Shown here piece after piece: positions 46,491-61,214 of a DNA stretch of 64,000 nt (its first letter is position 1; the number at the start of each line of letters is the position of its first letter). A program made the position numbers and the translations under genes. The notes below the pieces were generated by a model, which was not told the DNA's origin, ran no database searches, and saw nothing but the letters and a program-made list of their open reading frames with translations. The stretch comes from Schizochytrium sp. TIO01 (lineage: Eukaryota > Protista > Bigyra: Labyrinthulomycetes), in assembly GCA_004764695.1 (NCBI GenBank), contig SMSO01000035.1:2666001-2730000 (forward strand), read 5' to 3'.

Positions 46491-49400
46491 CTCTACACTA
46501 GCCTTCACCGTCTGCTTCTCAAGTGCCCTCATCTCCAAGAATTCTGTTTAGTCCAGGATACTACCACGATGGTCTCGAACTAAGTGTCAGTTAGCGTATT
46601 CTATAAGAGACTGCCGTGAACTCGAGGTGTGCCACCATGGTGTTCAAGGTGCTGCTCGCCTGGTCTTGCCTTCTTGAAGCTATTCACTCCTGCCTTCGCA
46701 ACTACTATCATACTGATCGCTCTCGCACCAGACCTGATGGAGTGTGCGGAGTGTTAATGTAGAGCTCACCACGGGCTCCGGCTTTCGAGAGCCTGTCTAG
46801 GAGCGAAGCCAAAGCGACAAAATGGGACAAGTGTAGACAGAACGAACTAATGAATGTAACTTAATCAGAAGTAGCAATCAGAAACGATGCATCGCTCCAT
46901 GAGGTGTGGCATTGGCTGGCCAGGTGGGATCAATCGTGTCGCGTTCTTCCGTTGATTGATCGCTGGGCTTGATCTGGATTCATTCGGGCGTGTGTTCGAT
47001 GATTTCTGGAGTGGACAAGGAAGCAGGCAATTGCAAAGGTGGGATTGCGACGTTTGGGGGCTTTGCGTGGCCCTGGACAGGCTCTCCAGCAAGCATGGTT
47101 GACAACCAACCATACAAACAAGCAACTTAAGATACAAACACAGATTGCAAATGCATAAGCACACAAGAAAGGCCTTGCGCAAGAACTGTGTAATGGAGCG
47201 AGACAAATGATCCTGCTCCAAAGTTAGTATTCTTTTGCCCACGCTTCGAGGCATGAACAGATTATTTTCATAGTTTTACATTTTCATTTTTTTTTTTCTA
47301 CATTTTCTTTTCTACTGTTTCATTTCGAAAGGAGTATAAACCGTTCACAAACATTGAAGAACAAAGTACCGTGATAAACAGAACACTTAAAACATATTTC
47401 CTTTGTTCTTTTTTAACGTAATTTTTTTAAATTATAATTTTAGAAACATTGTGTTTACATTTCATTTAAAAAAAAATACTAAAAGTGGTTTCCTCTGTTC
47501 TTTCAACTAAAAAGAACAGTTTCTTTCCTTCAAGTTAAATTTTCACTACTTACGTACTTTCGAAAGAAGAAGGGAGGCCAACAAGAAAGAAAAGAAAGAA
47601 AAAAAAAGAAAAAAAGGTGAAATAAAGTGAAATAAAGTGAGCGGAGGAGGATTGAAAAGACCCGGAGGAAAAGAAATACATGGATGGAAGAAGAAGAAGT
47701 GTCTGGTGGGGGTCTTTCGAGCCTGGATTCGATTGGGAGTGAGTGAGTGAGTGAGTTTCATTGTTTCTTTGTTTCTTTCTTTTTTAGTTTATTTATTTAT
47801 TTATTTGTTCGTTCGCTCGTTAGTTTGCTTGTCTTGCAGCATTTCAATCCCCGCAGCTCCTGAAGCTGGTAGCTTGGACTCAGCTTTATCCCAACCTTCT
47901 GAGCCGCTGATTGCGGGCGTAATGGCAAAGCTGCGCGACCCTTGAAACGGCACCTCCTCTTTTACTACAGCATCAGCAGCTCCTGTAGCTCACTAGTAGA
48001 AGTACGTGAATTCATTCATCGTTCGATCCTTCCTACGCTATGCATGCATGCATGGCTCGAAGCTGCTGCCTCGGGTCGTGTGCTGTGTAAGCATGATGAT
48101 GCAGTGCAGGTGCGCGGCTCCTGTTTAGGTTTCGCAGGAGCTCCTCTCCGCAAAAGCAGGCAGCAATATTCGCGCCGCACCCTATATTTAGTGTGGCTTA
48201 AAGGTCTATTCTCGTTGCCTTGGTTTGCTTTTATAGGCCCCTTTTCTTGCTCTCCGCGTTTTTCTTCCATTGGAACGATAACAGCTGTGAAAAGAACGCA
48301 AACCCCCTCTGGCCTGGAGAAAGAAGGAGGCCCGAATGAAAGGCTGTTTGTTCCAAAGGAGACCTCGTCGAGAGGTTCCACGCTTTATCCATCCATCTAC
48401 TACGATCGAAAAAGCCATCTTAGGCAGCACGAGCGAAGGATCTTGGAGGGTATTGCCCCGGCTAGAAGGCGGATTTGGATGGGGCTTAAAGGCAGAAGGA
48501 AGCCTGTGCAGAAGAGCAGCCGAATCCTGAGGAAGATGGCGGCGCCTTCACATCGCAGAACCAGCTAGCTAAGCCTAAGGGTGCGCTAGGAGTTCTGACC
48601 CAGCTCGGTATCTCAATATGACGCGTGAAAATCTAGTTCTCAGGCCTGACCCTCACATAGGCGTAACTGGTAGGGGTCAGTAGCTGCGCGAAGGTACATG
48701 CATGTTCTCCAGCTCAAGCTAGCTAGCTAGCCAGATCTTGAAGCAAAGTAGGCTACCGCTCAGTCGCTGTCTGATTTTGGGAGGGCCATTGGCAAAGCGA
48801 AGGGAGCTTGAAAAGGCTGCGACAAGAGAACTTAAGCGCGCCTGCGAGCTTACCTCTGCGTTGGGCGCTGGTTTTGAATGGATAAACTTGGCGGACTCTC
48901 GCACTGTGAGAAAAAGAGAAAAAAAGAAAAAAAGAGGAAAAGGAAAAGAGGAAAAAAAAAAGTTGTAAGAAGAAGGAGAAGAAGGACACAGGTTTAGGAG
49001 ACCTGCGAGAAGAGCGAAACGAAAAGGGAAAAGGAAGAGGAGCTGATGTTCAGAGTGATGGTTCAATACAACTTGAACCTTGGATTGAATTGAGGCGCAT
49101 TAATTGAATTGAGTTGAATGAATTGAATTTGGTTGAATGAATGAATTGAAGAAGCAAACAGGAGGAACAAGAGCAACCCCAACAACAACAACAAGGGCAA
49201 CCCCAACAACAGCAATAGCAGCAAATTAACAGCCACAGGAGGAACTTCAGACAGAAGTGGGGGTTGATGAATAAGCTAGCGTTATGGATTCTGCAACGAA
49301 AAAGGAGGGTTTCGTTTCCCATAGGCGATTGAAAAGCAAACCACATTGATTGAGAGGTAAGGGACTGTCGTGACACCATTCTCGTCGATTTCTCTCCCTC

Positions 49401-49728
49401 TCTTTTTGGCTTGTTTTGAAATTAGTAACTCAGGTTTCCCATAAACTGCGAGCCAGCCAGTCGGTTAAACCACTCGTTATGAGGGGAGCAGAAGGAAAAC
49501 AGAGAGAAAAACAGAGAAAGGAAAAAAGAAAAAAGCCTTTGGGGAGAAAGGAAAGCCAAGAAAGAATGAGGTAGAAGGTACGAGCTCCTTCTCTCTCAAA
49601 GAAAGTAAAGCGCTGGGAAGTAGAATGAGTAAAATGAAAATAATTAGGCCTCGATCAGAAAAAAGGCGAAGTGGCGACTAATTTTACATTTTGTTAATTC
49701 ATATATGTGTTTATTTTTTAAAACAAAA

Positions 49729-49731
<3 letters not shown>

Positions 49732-49769
<38 letters not shown>
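49732..49769. repeat. (AT)19 microsatellite
   Basis: Perfect array. Confidence 0.95.
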
Positions 49770-49771
<2 letters not shown>

Positions 49772-50781
49772 TTTTAAAATTCGATGATAGAAAGAACTAC
49801 TCGTAGGTGCAGGAAACTCCACCACTGCGAGAGGAGAAATTTGAAAATAGAACCTTGAAATTCTCCTCCGCAAATGGAGACTCTGAATCTGTGTCAAAAA
49901 CTTGCCTGCCTGCGGAGCTGCTTGTTGAGGGAAGGACAACTCTCTCGCACGACAGGAGCAGTTAAAAAGTCAGCAGCTACTTTTACTTGGCGGTCTGTGC
50001 TTCAGAAACGAAGAAGGCATTTGAAATTGAAATTGAAATTGAATTTAAGATTGATATTGAAATTGAAATTGAAATTAATTGAACTTTGTTGCCCTTGTTT
50101 TGATTTCATTCTTCTTCAAGAGATCAAGAAAGTAGGTAGGCACCACTCCGAAATTGCCAGCTCTATCTCTCTCGGCCTCGCTGCCGCGTCCCACTCGTTC
50201 GCCCGGTATACCGAAGTGCCCAAATCTGAGCGGCTGAATCTGACTTCTTTCCGGCTTACAGCATATATGAACGAGCGAGTCAGCCAGTCGGTCCCTCAGA
50301 CTTGGAGTTGCAGAGAGTGTGCTTCCTTTCTCTCTCTCTCTCTCCTTTCCTTCTTTCTTTCTTTCTCTTCTTTCTTTCTCTTCTGCTCGCTCATTATGGA
50401 TCATAGATCTCCCAGCACTACTTCTTTCACATATAAATAAACTCTTTTGGCCAACTAACCTAAAAGATTTAACCTATTCCACCACTCCTCGCTCCCCCCT
50501 GCCTGTCGGTTTCGTAACCGTGCGAAGTCATGCGCGAACTTGGTTTCGAAGATTTTGATAGGAAAAGCAAGCTGACTCAGGGTCGCCCTCGTTTCTTTGT
50601 TTCTTTCTTCTCTTTCTCTGTTCCTTTCCTCTCCGTTCTTCTTTCGTTCCACCTGCTGTTCTTCAAGTAGCCAGCGCCCCGTTCTTCGCTATTTGTTTGT
50701 TTGTTTCTTTGTTTGTTTCTTTGTTTGATTCTTTATTTGTTTCGTGCTTAGCGGCGGAGTTAAAGTCTCTCGTTCCGTCGC

Positions 50782-50905
50782 GAAGAAGAAGAAGATAAAG
50801 AAGAAGAAGATAAAGAAGAAGAAGATAAAGAAGAAGAAGATAAAGAAGAAGAAGATAAAGAAGAAGAAGATAAAGAAGAAGAAGATAAAGAAGAAGAAGA
50901 AGAAG
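50782..50905. repeat. 15-bp higher-order repeat (AAGAAGAAGAAGATA)~7-8
   Basis: (AAG)n interrupted by ATA every 15 bp. Confidence 0.95.
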
Positions 50906-51649
50906 CTGCAGATTTGCGCAAGCATGCGATGCGATGCGATGCTGCTCCGCAGTTGTTTAGCTGGTTAGTTTGCTCGTCCGTTCGTTCGTCCATGTTGGTT
51001 TGTCCGCACGAGATTGCTCCTTCTACTCCCTGACGACGCCGTCCTTCAGCACGCCGCGTGTCCTCGGCGGAGTTCTCTCTTCGAAAATTCCCGCGCGTCG
51101 CCAAGCAAGTAAGCAAGGAAGCAAAGGGCGCGGCAAGGAAAGACCAAGCTTGACGCAAGAAGAAGGTCTGCTCGATCCCTCGCTCGTTGGCTGCTTGCGT
51201 TCGTGCGGTTCGCAGGGCTCGAAAGGGAGGAGGAGTTGAGAAGAGAAGAGAAGAGAAGAGAGCAATGGATCCGTGGAATGGAATGAGCGCTGCGCTCAAA
51301 CTTGTGGGTTCTTCAAGATTCGCGATTCAAGCAACCACTCTCTCTTTCTTTCTCTCTTTCTTTCTTCCTTCCTTCTCTTCCTTCTCTTTCCTTCGTTCTT
51401 CTATCTCTCTAGACAGAGAGAGAGCCATGTATGTAAAAACTAAAATAAAATAAAAGTGATTGATGGACAGAGATGGAACTTCCCACCTAGCTAGTGGCTC
51501 TCATCATAATGCTAATACATGCTGCTGCGCTAGCGGCGCGCGCGGGACTGCCGGGGGTGGAACTCCTGGAACTCTACTGGAACGCCTGGAACAACGTCTC
51601 TGGGGCTCGGGATTCCATAGAGGATAGAGGTGCATTTAGCGCCAGTTAG

Positions 51650-51755
<106 letters not shown>

Positions 51756-54700
51756 CAGACAGATGCATGCATCATAGGTACGAAGATGTAGAGCGCAAAG
51801 CCCAACCAAGCTTGGCGGCCTTTGGCGAGGCCGAGATCTGCTTGTTCCAAGACGTGCCTGGAGAAGCCGTCTGACCTGGGAGCTTGCTTGGAAAGCGGGC
51901 GAGGAGGAAGAAGGCGCTGAAGGAAGGCCCGCTCAGCCAGCTACTCCCAAGCGTGGCTGCGGTGCCAAGCAGAGTGGGGTTGGCGCGAGAGAACTCGAGG
52001 CCCCAAATCGATTGTTCCAAGTTGGTTGTCAGCTTTTGAAAACTTGGCAGCACGAGATTGGAGCAGCGTGAAAAGAGTGTGTGTCCAATCATATCTGAGC
52101 GATGAAGAACTCGGAAACCGGAGTTCTTGCGTTTCTGGAGCGAGTGACGTTGACGTCTGCAGTGCTCTTGAAACGAACCGCGACGCGAGCTCGAGAGTTT
52201 GCGAAGAAGAAGAGCCGCGAGGCCTGATTGGCCTGCCTGCCTGTGTGCGTGCGTCGGCGGGGAGAATGCAATGCAATGCAATATAATGCAATGCGATATG
52301 CAATGCATGCATGCATGCATGCATATTTTCAAGTCAAGTTCATTCTTCACATTCTTCGACAGACAGAGAGCAAAGGCGGCGATGACGCTTTCAGCTCAGG
52401 TGAGACTAAAACGCGTGCAGGAACTCGAAGCAAAGATAGAGCTCCGCCACTGCGACCTGGGGAGCTCGAGATTGGCGCCGTTCTTCCCCGGCTCAGGCAG
52501 CGTGCAGGCGTGGTCTGCGTGGCTCATCTCGCGCATGCCATTGCAGGCATTCGTGAATGTATGAGTCGAAGCGATTGATTGGATGGATGGTCGTACGTAC
52601 CTGTCAGATCTAGAATTTCGCATGATGATTCGTTTTACAAGCGTGAAATTCATTTCCTGAATTGTATCGCACCCACCCACTTGTACAGAAGCCGCTAAAG
52701 CCGATGTACTTTCTGTTCCTTCTTTTTAGTTTACTTGCTTGCTTGCTCGCTTGCTTGCTTGCTTGCTTATTGATTTGATTGAGTTACTCGTATCATGATA
52801 GGGGCGAAGAGCTCGATTTGCTGTTTCCATCTTTTCAAAATAAAGAGTCTTTGTTCTGTTTTTATAATTTAAAAATTGATCATGTTTAAACTTCCAAGGT
52901 TGATACAGTACCTCCTGGCAGAGTTGCTTCCTTTTAAAAGAACTGGGAGGAATGCGCCTCTACAAAAGACATTCAGTAGGTAGAGCGAGCTCATGGAGCT
53001 GGGTGCACTTGTTCTATCTATTTCATAAACAAAAGTAAGCGCTAGCATTCGAGAGAAGGCCTCGGGACAAACGAATGCGGTTCAGACATCCATCTCGCAT
53101 CCTATGATACAACTTTCCTCCAGGGATTCTGAAATGATAGTCTTTCTACGTATTCGCTTGTTTATCTGTCTGCCTTTCCCTTTTAAAATAAATTTATTAC
53201 AAAGCACATATGAATGAATAATTAAAAGCAAAAACCCACCGTTCGAGAAATATATGCAAATGTAAATTCGCGATAGTCTCTCACTATAACGTCAGCATTA
53301 GCGTTCGGTTTCTTTCATTCTTTCATTCTTTCTTTCTTTCTTTCATTCTCGATAACAGCCACTGAAGTAAATTCCCCAAAGTGGATGTTGCTCTTTGTTG
53401 TGACCATTGAATGTCGAGAGTCTGTCTTGAAACCAGCAATCCACGCAAAGCTTGGCTTGGCTCGCCAGCCTGGACAACTTAGCCAGCAAGCTGACTAACT
53501 GACCGAGTGCGAGCGTGAGGGGCCGAGGGCTTCTTTGTCTCGGTGCCAAGCTCTTTGGTACCGACCCGCTCGCTCATAGAGTTGAGCTGCGACTTTGGGC
53601 GCCAATTCGCCGTTGGACCTTCGTTCGCTTTTTGCTGCCACACAAACAATACTACTAGTTAATATGAAACACCAATATTCACTTGCGGGCACGAAGCAGC
53701 GCGCTAAAGAGCTCATTGCGTTCCATTTAGGGTGTTCTGGTTCTTTCTAGCTAGATTTCGTACAGCCGGAACAGATAGATTTTGAAGGAATATTATGTAA
53801 ATAAATCTACATAACTCTTGAAAGAAAGGAACCATTGGCAGTGAAGGGGTCTGAAGACACTGAAAACATGCTTCGAAACCGTGGCTTCAGGCTCCAGTCT
53901 TACTCGCCTCGAGCCGAGGCCTGGGCTCCCGCTGGCCGGAGCCTGGCTGGAGCAGAGCGTACAACATCTCGAAGGCTTGGGCACACAAAGGTCACCGGCA
54001 CCAAGAGCCCTAAAGACTGAGACGAGGAGGAAGAGGTTGCTTTGGGTTGAGAACTCCAGGCGCAAGCAAGTGCGACCTGCAAAAAAGTAGGTGACAAAGC
54101 AAGCACGCAAGCAAGCACAGGCGTCGTGGGCCTCTGCGAACTCGCTTCAAAGCGGGAGACTCCGACGAAGATCGCTCCCCGAGACCAAGCTTTGGTTGGG
54201 CGGCCCGAGCGAAGGAAACTCGAGCGATCTTCGTTTCGTTTTGGCTGCGAGTTTAGGTTTTCTCGCGTGAGCGCGAACAAAAACGCTCCTTATCGATTCT
54301 ATACGTCTACACACTCACACTTTCTCTCTCTCACACACGTAGTCACACACACATAAGTCTCAAGTTCGCTAGAGCTGGAGTCGAAGTTCTTCCTAAGTAT
54401 TAACCCTCCAAGCCCAACTTTGAAAGTTTCCTTCTTTTCTCCGTCTATGGGTTTTTGATTCTGTTCGTTTTATTTTACATAAGATTAGAAGCTCCGCTAA
54501 AAGGGGAAAGTAATAAATGTTTCACTCAGGTCTTCCCTCCTTCACAACGCGAGACTTAGCTACTGCGTATGGAAGTATGTATGTATGTACCTGCTAATTT
54601 GGGGCTAAGCATCATTCAAAAAAGTTGGAGTCGTATCACAAATTCACGATCATGAGGGCGTGAAAGTTCTCGATTCTGGGTTCTGCATTGGCATTCTCGC

Positions 54701-55598
54701 GAGTGCTTGTTCATGGTAAGGAGGGAACAGCAAGCGCAAGGCGTCGCACTCCTGTTGAATCAATTGTCATGAGCGAAGCTTCGTGGATTTGCTGACATGT
54801 TGACGAGGAGCGACTCTGTCGGAAGATTCGTGTCGAGCTGGACGAGGAGGGTATTCACATTTGTCGGACAGCGTACGCGTCTTGCGGCCCGTCTCGCAAA
54901 TGCCAATTCCTGACTCCAAGTCCACTCGGCATTTGAACTTGTTCGCAGGCACCTACTTTCTTACGACCGCCGTTTCTCCAATCATCCAATCAATCAATCA
55001 ATTGTTCAATTGTTCAATCAATCACTTAGTCATTTTCCTCTTCAACCTCTATCTCGAGCTCTTTCCCAACGTAGCCTATCGCTATAAACTTGAGTGCGAG
55101 CGACCGCAAACCATCAAATCAAATCAATCCACAGACGCAGAGAGTTCAACAGTAAAGTACACAAAGTTCGCGAACTCGCCTCGAAGAACTGAGGAGTTGT
55201 CGTGTTTCTTCTTCTTTATACCTTCATTCACAGAGAGAGAGAAAGAGAGAGAGATCGGCCGCTGATCAAGTATAAGACACGGTATTAATATTTCCCTTTT
55301 TTTTAATCAAATGCAAAAGACGTTTATGAAAGAGGCCAGTGAAGCTGAGTTACCACGAACTAATAAAGTTTAGCTTTAAAGTGAGTCCAGAGAGGAAGCG
55401 CCAACCCAGGGTCGAGGTGCGAGCCCAAGCTAACCCACCTGCCGAAAAACAAGGAGAGGCGAGAAGAACGGCGAGAAGAAGAACGGCGGCACTATTAGGG
55501 TTTACGGTAGGCCACGGGGAGGTCTTGAGAACAGGGAGGCTGCGCGCACTTTCCTGCGCTTTTTCTTTTCTACTTACTTGCTACTTTCTTGCCCCTCT

Positions 55599-55727
55599 GT
55601 TTGTTTGTTTGTTTGTTTGTTTGTTTGTTTGTTTGTTTGTTTGTTTGTTTGTTTGTTTTCTTTCTTTCTTCTCGCGCGCGCAGAAGAATTTGGCTGTACT
55701 TTCTTTTCCTTTCTTGTTCTTTTGTTT

Positions 55728-55801
<74 letters not shown>
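55599..55801. repeat. Compound microsatellite (GTTT)15 ... (TTTC)19
   Basis: Arrays at 55599-55658 and 55726-55801. Confidence 0.95.
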
Positions 55802-55803
<2 letters not shown>

Positions 55804-58155
55804 AGCTTTGCCTTTGTTTGATGTTCTCGTTCTTTCTGCTCGAGAGGAGCGAGCGACTCAGTTTTGGGGGGTTGGGATTATATATAAGTCTACAGCCTTC
55901 TTACTATTGCCGAGTAGGAAAGGTGAAAGTGAGAACATGAAATCATACAGGGTTCCCAGATTCTGATAGAAGAGAATAATATTTTGGGGTTTGTTTTTGT
56001 TTTAAATATTACTATCATTATTTGTTCTTCTCATTTTCTTGACTTTAAAAAAATAATAGGACAAACCATCTACTACTTTGTATTTCAAGCTAACTTTTAC
56101 GCTTTTACTGATAAAACACTTTCTCTTTTTTTTTTTTTTTTTAAGATTACAATAGAACACATAAATATTTTCTTTTTGACGTTCTTTCTTTATATATATA
56201 AAACTCTTTTGAAGACTTTAAAAATCACTCGCTTGCTTTTTGATTTTAAACGTTTTTAAAACATTTGTGTTCAATTCTGAGAACACTTCTTTTAAAATTG
56301 AAAATGAACAGAATAAATAGATGAAATGGACAATCTGAAACTGAGGCTGGTACAATGCCAAATGGAACGAATTGAAACGGCAAGTTATAAAACATATTAA
56401 AAGGTTAATTAAATTTAATAATAATAATAATAATAATAATAAACGCGGAAGGGTTGACCCCTATCATCGTCCAACTCCCTTTCCGCAAGTTAGTTTGCAT
56501 CTTATTTGCTTCTTTATCTATTCCATCCTGCTGAAAGTAAAACTCAACAACAAACAAACAGACAAACAAACAAACATATATCAACCAACCAACCAACCAA
56601 CCAAACAAACAAACAAAAGAGTGAGATGCCATCGAAATCGCAATGGGAACCGGTCACTCTTCTCTGTGTGCAGTCAAATCGTCGCAAGCGCACCGTGCGG
56701 CGGGGCGGCCTAAAGAAGCGCCGCTTTTCTTTCTTTCTTTCCTTCTTTCCTTCTTTCTTTTGCACTGCGGAAGGAGACAGCTCAAACTTGGGCCATGGAT
56801 GGATAGCAGAAAGCACAAGTTGGAGGCGAGGGCTGCTCCATAGAGGGCGATTGGACAGACAGACAGACAGACAGCCACACAGTCCTCGGGCGCTCAGCAA
56901 GCAAGCAAGCAAGAGCGCATGCGCGAAGAAGCTGCTTGCTTCACACAGCATGTGTCTGTTTCAAGCAGACTCGTTGGAGAGGGGTCGCTTCTGCGTAAGG
57001 CACCCCTCGAGGCCTCTTTAAATAAAGCGGCGCAATCGCCGCTGTTCCATGCTAAATAAAGCACCGGTTTGGGGTCGACCAATACGGTGCCTTCGCAGAC
57101 GGAGGCCCTCGAAGGCGCTCGAGGGCTCACGTCGAAGGCCGCCGGAGCAAGGAGGCAAGCACGCAGGGTGCGGAAGGCCGATCGATATACGCGAGGAGTT
57201 TGATTGGGCTGTTCCGTTTCGCCAAGCATTCGATTAAATTGTTTATTTTGAAACAGACGTTCTCGTTCACTCCGATTCAAATCCTATCGTCGAAAGGACT
57301 CACGAAAGACCCAAAGATTGAACCGTTTGGCACAAAAGGCGATTCCTTTTGTAACCCGAGTTAGTTTGTTTATTTGTTTATTTGTTTATTTGTTTATTTG
57401 TTTATTTGCTCATTTGTTTATTCGCCTCTCTCTCTCTGCCATCTCGGCCAGGGTGGACGCCGTCATCTTGGCGCTGCGCTCGGCCACGAAGGAGCGGTCG
57501 ATTTGCGGTGGACTCGAAGGCGGCAGGGCGGCCTGGAGTGGAGAATGACATCGCCTCCCGTTGAACGAGTTCGAGGAAGACGCGCAAGGGGCCTAGCAGG
57601 CAGGTAGCCGACTGGTAGGGCGTTCTCAGCCGCTGGGAGTCTGTCAAGAAAAGCGCGTCGTCTCCAGGAAAGCGGCGCGCATTTGCGCCGGAATACAGAG
57701 AGACCAGAGCACGATTGGGCGCAGAAGGTGAGTTAGTCGAGGGTCAGACGGCCGATCCTCGCAGAGCGAGCTGAGGGCGATAGGTGGGCGGGCGGTAATA
57801 ACGAGGGTCTTGAGCGTATCGAGGGTGTCGAGGGACAGCTTGGACAGTCACGCAGACCTTGTGCGGTCACTCCGCTACAGCCTTTCTTGAAATGGCGCTG
57901 CGCCGGGTTACACGGCACGGCTAGGCTTTGCGGTAGAAAGAGCCCTAGGCGTGAAGGATGGTTTTGTTATATAAAATTGCTTGCTTTGCTTCCTCTTTTC
58001 TCAGGGATTAGAGAGAACTGCGGTTCCTCGCGAAGAGGAGCGCTAAACAATTGCAGGGCATCCGAGTGACCCGAGGCGATTTCACGATCGGCCGCCGACC
58101 GCGCGAACCGATGAGTGGATTATTGGATGGACCCTCTGGAATGGCCGGTGAGAAA

Positions 58156-58190
58156 GAAGAAGAAGAAGAAGAAGAAGAAGAAGAAGAAGA
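58156..58190. repeat. (GAA)~11 microsatellite
   Basis: Perfect array. Confidence 0.95.
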
Positions 58191-61142
58191 GGACAAAGGA
58201 ATTAGATTTCCGACGGCTTTGTCCGTCGCGCGCAGACATTGGACAGGCCCAGAGTGTCCCTTCCCACATAGCTCCTATGTGGTAAGTGAATAAGGAGGGA
58301 AGAAAGAAGAAAGAAAGAGAAAAGAAAAGAGAGATCGAGATGAATGGAAGGAAGTTATTTATTTCTTTTTGAAGTTAAAAGCGCAAAGGAGAACTTGAAG
58401 GGGAAAGCAGGAAAGGGAAGGAAACCAAGCCAGAAGGCGAAGCCACGGTCACTGGGTTCTTCGTGGCACGAATAGTCTTCACGAATGAATGAATGAATCA
58501 ATCAATCAATCAATCAATTAAGTAATTAATGAATCGATGAATGAATGAATGAATCGAAGGGGCCCGTGCCTTCCCTGATGGAACTGCAGGGCCACCCGAC
58601 CTCAGACGCGAAGTCGTCCTCGGCAATGGATGGAAGAACCGGTGAGTGTGACTGAGTTAGTTAGTTAGTTAAAGAGTGAGTGAGTGAGTGAGTGAGTGAG
58701 TGAGTGCGTGAGTCAGTTAGTGAGTTCGTCAGTTAGTTGGACAGTTCTTCAGTTACCGGTTTGTGCTTCTTTTGCTGGTGATTGAAACCTCAGTTAGTTC
58801 AGGCTTTGACCTCTTCCGAGTCTCGAAGGCAGGATTAGATTTAATGTATTCTGCATTTCATTTTGCATTCATTTATCAATCTCTGATGAAACAAATACTT
58901 TAACAATATTGAACTTGAAGGCCTTCACGGCCTGCCGTAGCCAAGTGACAGACTGCCCAAGTGAGGTGAAGACGTGAATGCTGAGCAATGGATGCACCCG
59001 TGCTTGAGCAGACGCGTGACGAACGAAGCACGCCGCCAGACCAAGTTGGACTTTCCTCGCGGCCTCTGGCAAACAGCCTTGGCCTGCCAGACAGACAGTA
59101 GCGCAGCGCAGCGGTCGCGGCACGGATTACAGCCAAACAGATAGACACAGGCAGGCACGTGCATGCTTCTCCCAGTGTCGTGCCTCTGCCTGCCTCGTTT
59201 ACTGGAGATAGTAGCAGCTGCGCACACCTCACCTGGTGCCGGGGAGTGGCGTGCAGTGCGTTAGCGACAAGGTCACTCGGGTTGCAGGTCGGTGTGATGA
59301 ATACCTTGGATGGAATGTGCTGCTTCGCTCGCTTGCTTGCTTGCTTGCTGGTTAGTTTGCACGTGCGAGAAAGCACGAGGTCACTCGCATATGAGGACCA
59401 GCGAGCGTGCGAGACGAAGCGAAGAGCTAGAGGCTTGTCGAAATGGCTTCCCTGAAAGCTGAGGCCTGTGCTGCACGCAGAAGTGGTGAAGTCGAAGGAA
59501 ATGAATGCTGAGAAGCACTGCAGTTATCGCAGGAGGTGCTGTAAGCTTAGTTCGCTTCAATGCCAGACTAGCTTCACGTGCACGCGTGCTTGGTTGCTTG
59601 GTTGCTTGCTTACTGCTGCCATTGGTTGGGTCCAACACACAACAGTCACTCGGCTTCGGCTGGACTCACTGTCTTGAAGGGATCGAAGAGGGTGCCTGGA
59701 AACTCTGTCGAACGAAGTTCAACTCTGAAGCAAACAAACAAGACGACAGCCAGCAACTCCGTACCGACGATGCCTCGAGGCGGAGGCCTTGTCGCAGACT
59801 GCAGGCACACGCCCAGCGAGCGCTTCCTGCAAGTGAGTGGTCCAGTCCGTGGCTGCTGTTGTGCTGCGCTGCATTGCATTGCGCTGCATTGATTGCAAAG
59901 TTGACAAGAGAGCGGGTGAGCAGGCGAGCCCCGTCAAGCAGAACGAGCTCAATGAAGGAAAGGAGAACGAAGATGGGGAAAGATGGCGGAGCAACTGCTG
60001 TCCACACTTTTTGACACCAGAACAAGGCAAAGCAAAAGAACAGAAAGAGACAGCAAGCTTGGGCATAATAGCGAAAAGTGGTTACGCATAAGAACAGTAA
60101 TATGAAGAAAGGAAAACAAAGGAGGAAATAAAACAAAGTGCGCTGCTTGCCTGCACGCGCTGTCCTAGTCGGCACCATTCGAAAACGAGAGATAGCAGAT
60201 GTGTAAACGAGGCCTCAAACCAGCGAGAGAAGAAAGCCTCGGATCTCTCGTCGTAATCGTCTGCGGATATCCACAGGCTCTCATGGGGAGTCCTGTGCCA
60301 AGTAGGTGAGCAAGCAAGCAAGCAGGCAAGCATGCCACCTCTGGCGTCGCAAAACCCATCTCCTATATTTTGTGCAGTGCGCTCCCAAGGTGCGCTCCAT
60401 CTTAGTTTTTCTTCCTTTTTTCCTTCTTTCTTTCTCCACTAGTAGCGCCTACCAACAGCTAGCTAAAAAGCTAAAAAGCTAAATAGATAGATAGAATATT
60501 TACTCTGAAAAGAAAATTGAAAAAGAAGAAAATCTAGGTAGGTACATTTAAACCTTTTAAAAATAAATACGCCTGATCTCCCAGTATTACCTTTCTGCAG
60601 GAAATAAATGAATTCTTCTTTTTCTTTAAATTAAAAAAAAAAAAGAAAAAAAAAGAGAAAAAGAAAAAGAAAAAAAAGGAGGTGGGAAAGTCTCGCGGTA
60701 CCGGTCTGCTTCTGAGAGTGTGCTTGGTTGCCTCTCTGCAGTAGGAAACATCAACACAGCCTCTCAAGTTAGCTTACCTGGTTTTGAGGGGAAACAAGAC
60801 GGAAGAAGAGCGAGAGAGGGGACAGAAGAAGCTGTCTGCGGGTTAGCAAAAGCAGCGCGACTCCAGGCCTGCGAGCGAAAACTTCCGAAACGAAAGCTGG
60901 TGCGGGCACGACAGAAGCTGCGCGAGAAGCAGTAGCTCCACTGGCGCTCCTCCTCCTTTGCTTTGCTTGTTTGATCATGAAATACGTGAGCAAGTAACTC
61001 CAACATTCCTGGTGTTAGGTGGCAGAAAGGAGGGCCATAATAGAGAGGGAGAGTGAAACTCGAAGAGACGCGCGAGGCTGGAGCAGCAGAGGAAACAAGG
61101 ACAAGCTGGTTTTCGTTTCAATGAATCAATAAACAGGGAGAC

Positions 61143-61214
61143 AAATAAACAGATAAATAAACAGATAAATAAACAGATAAATAAACAGATAAATAAACAA
61201 ATAAATAAACAAAC
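61143..61214. repeat. 12-bp minisatellite (ATAAACAGATAA)n
   Basis: About 4 perfect units plus degenerate flanks. Confidence 0.9.

Noticed and set aside
47942-48568. 208-aa ORF, and WNDNSC (C-type-lectin-like) in another frame
   Set aside because: Non-ATG start, atypical composition, and the motif is too short to support a call.
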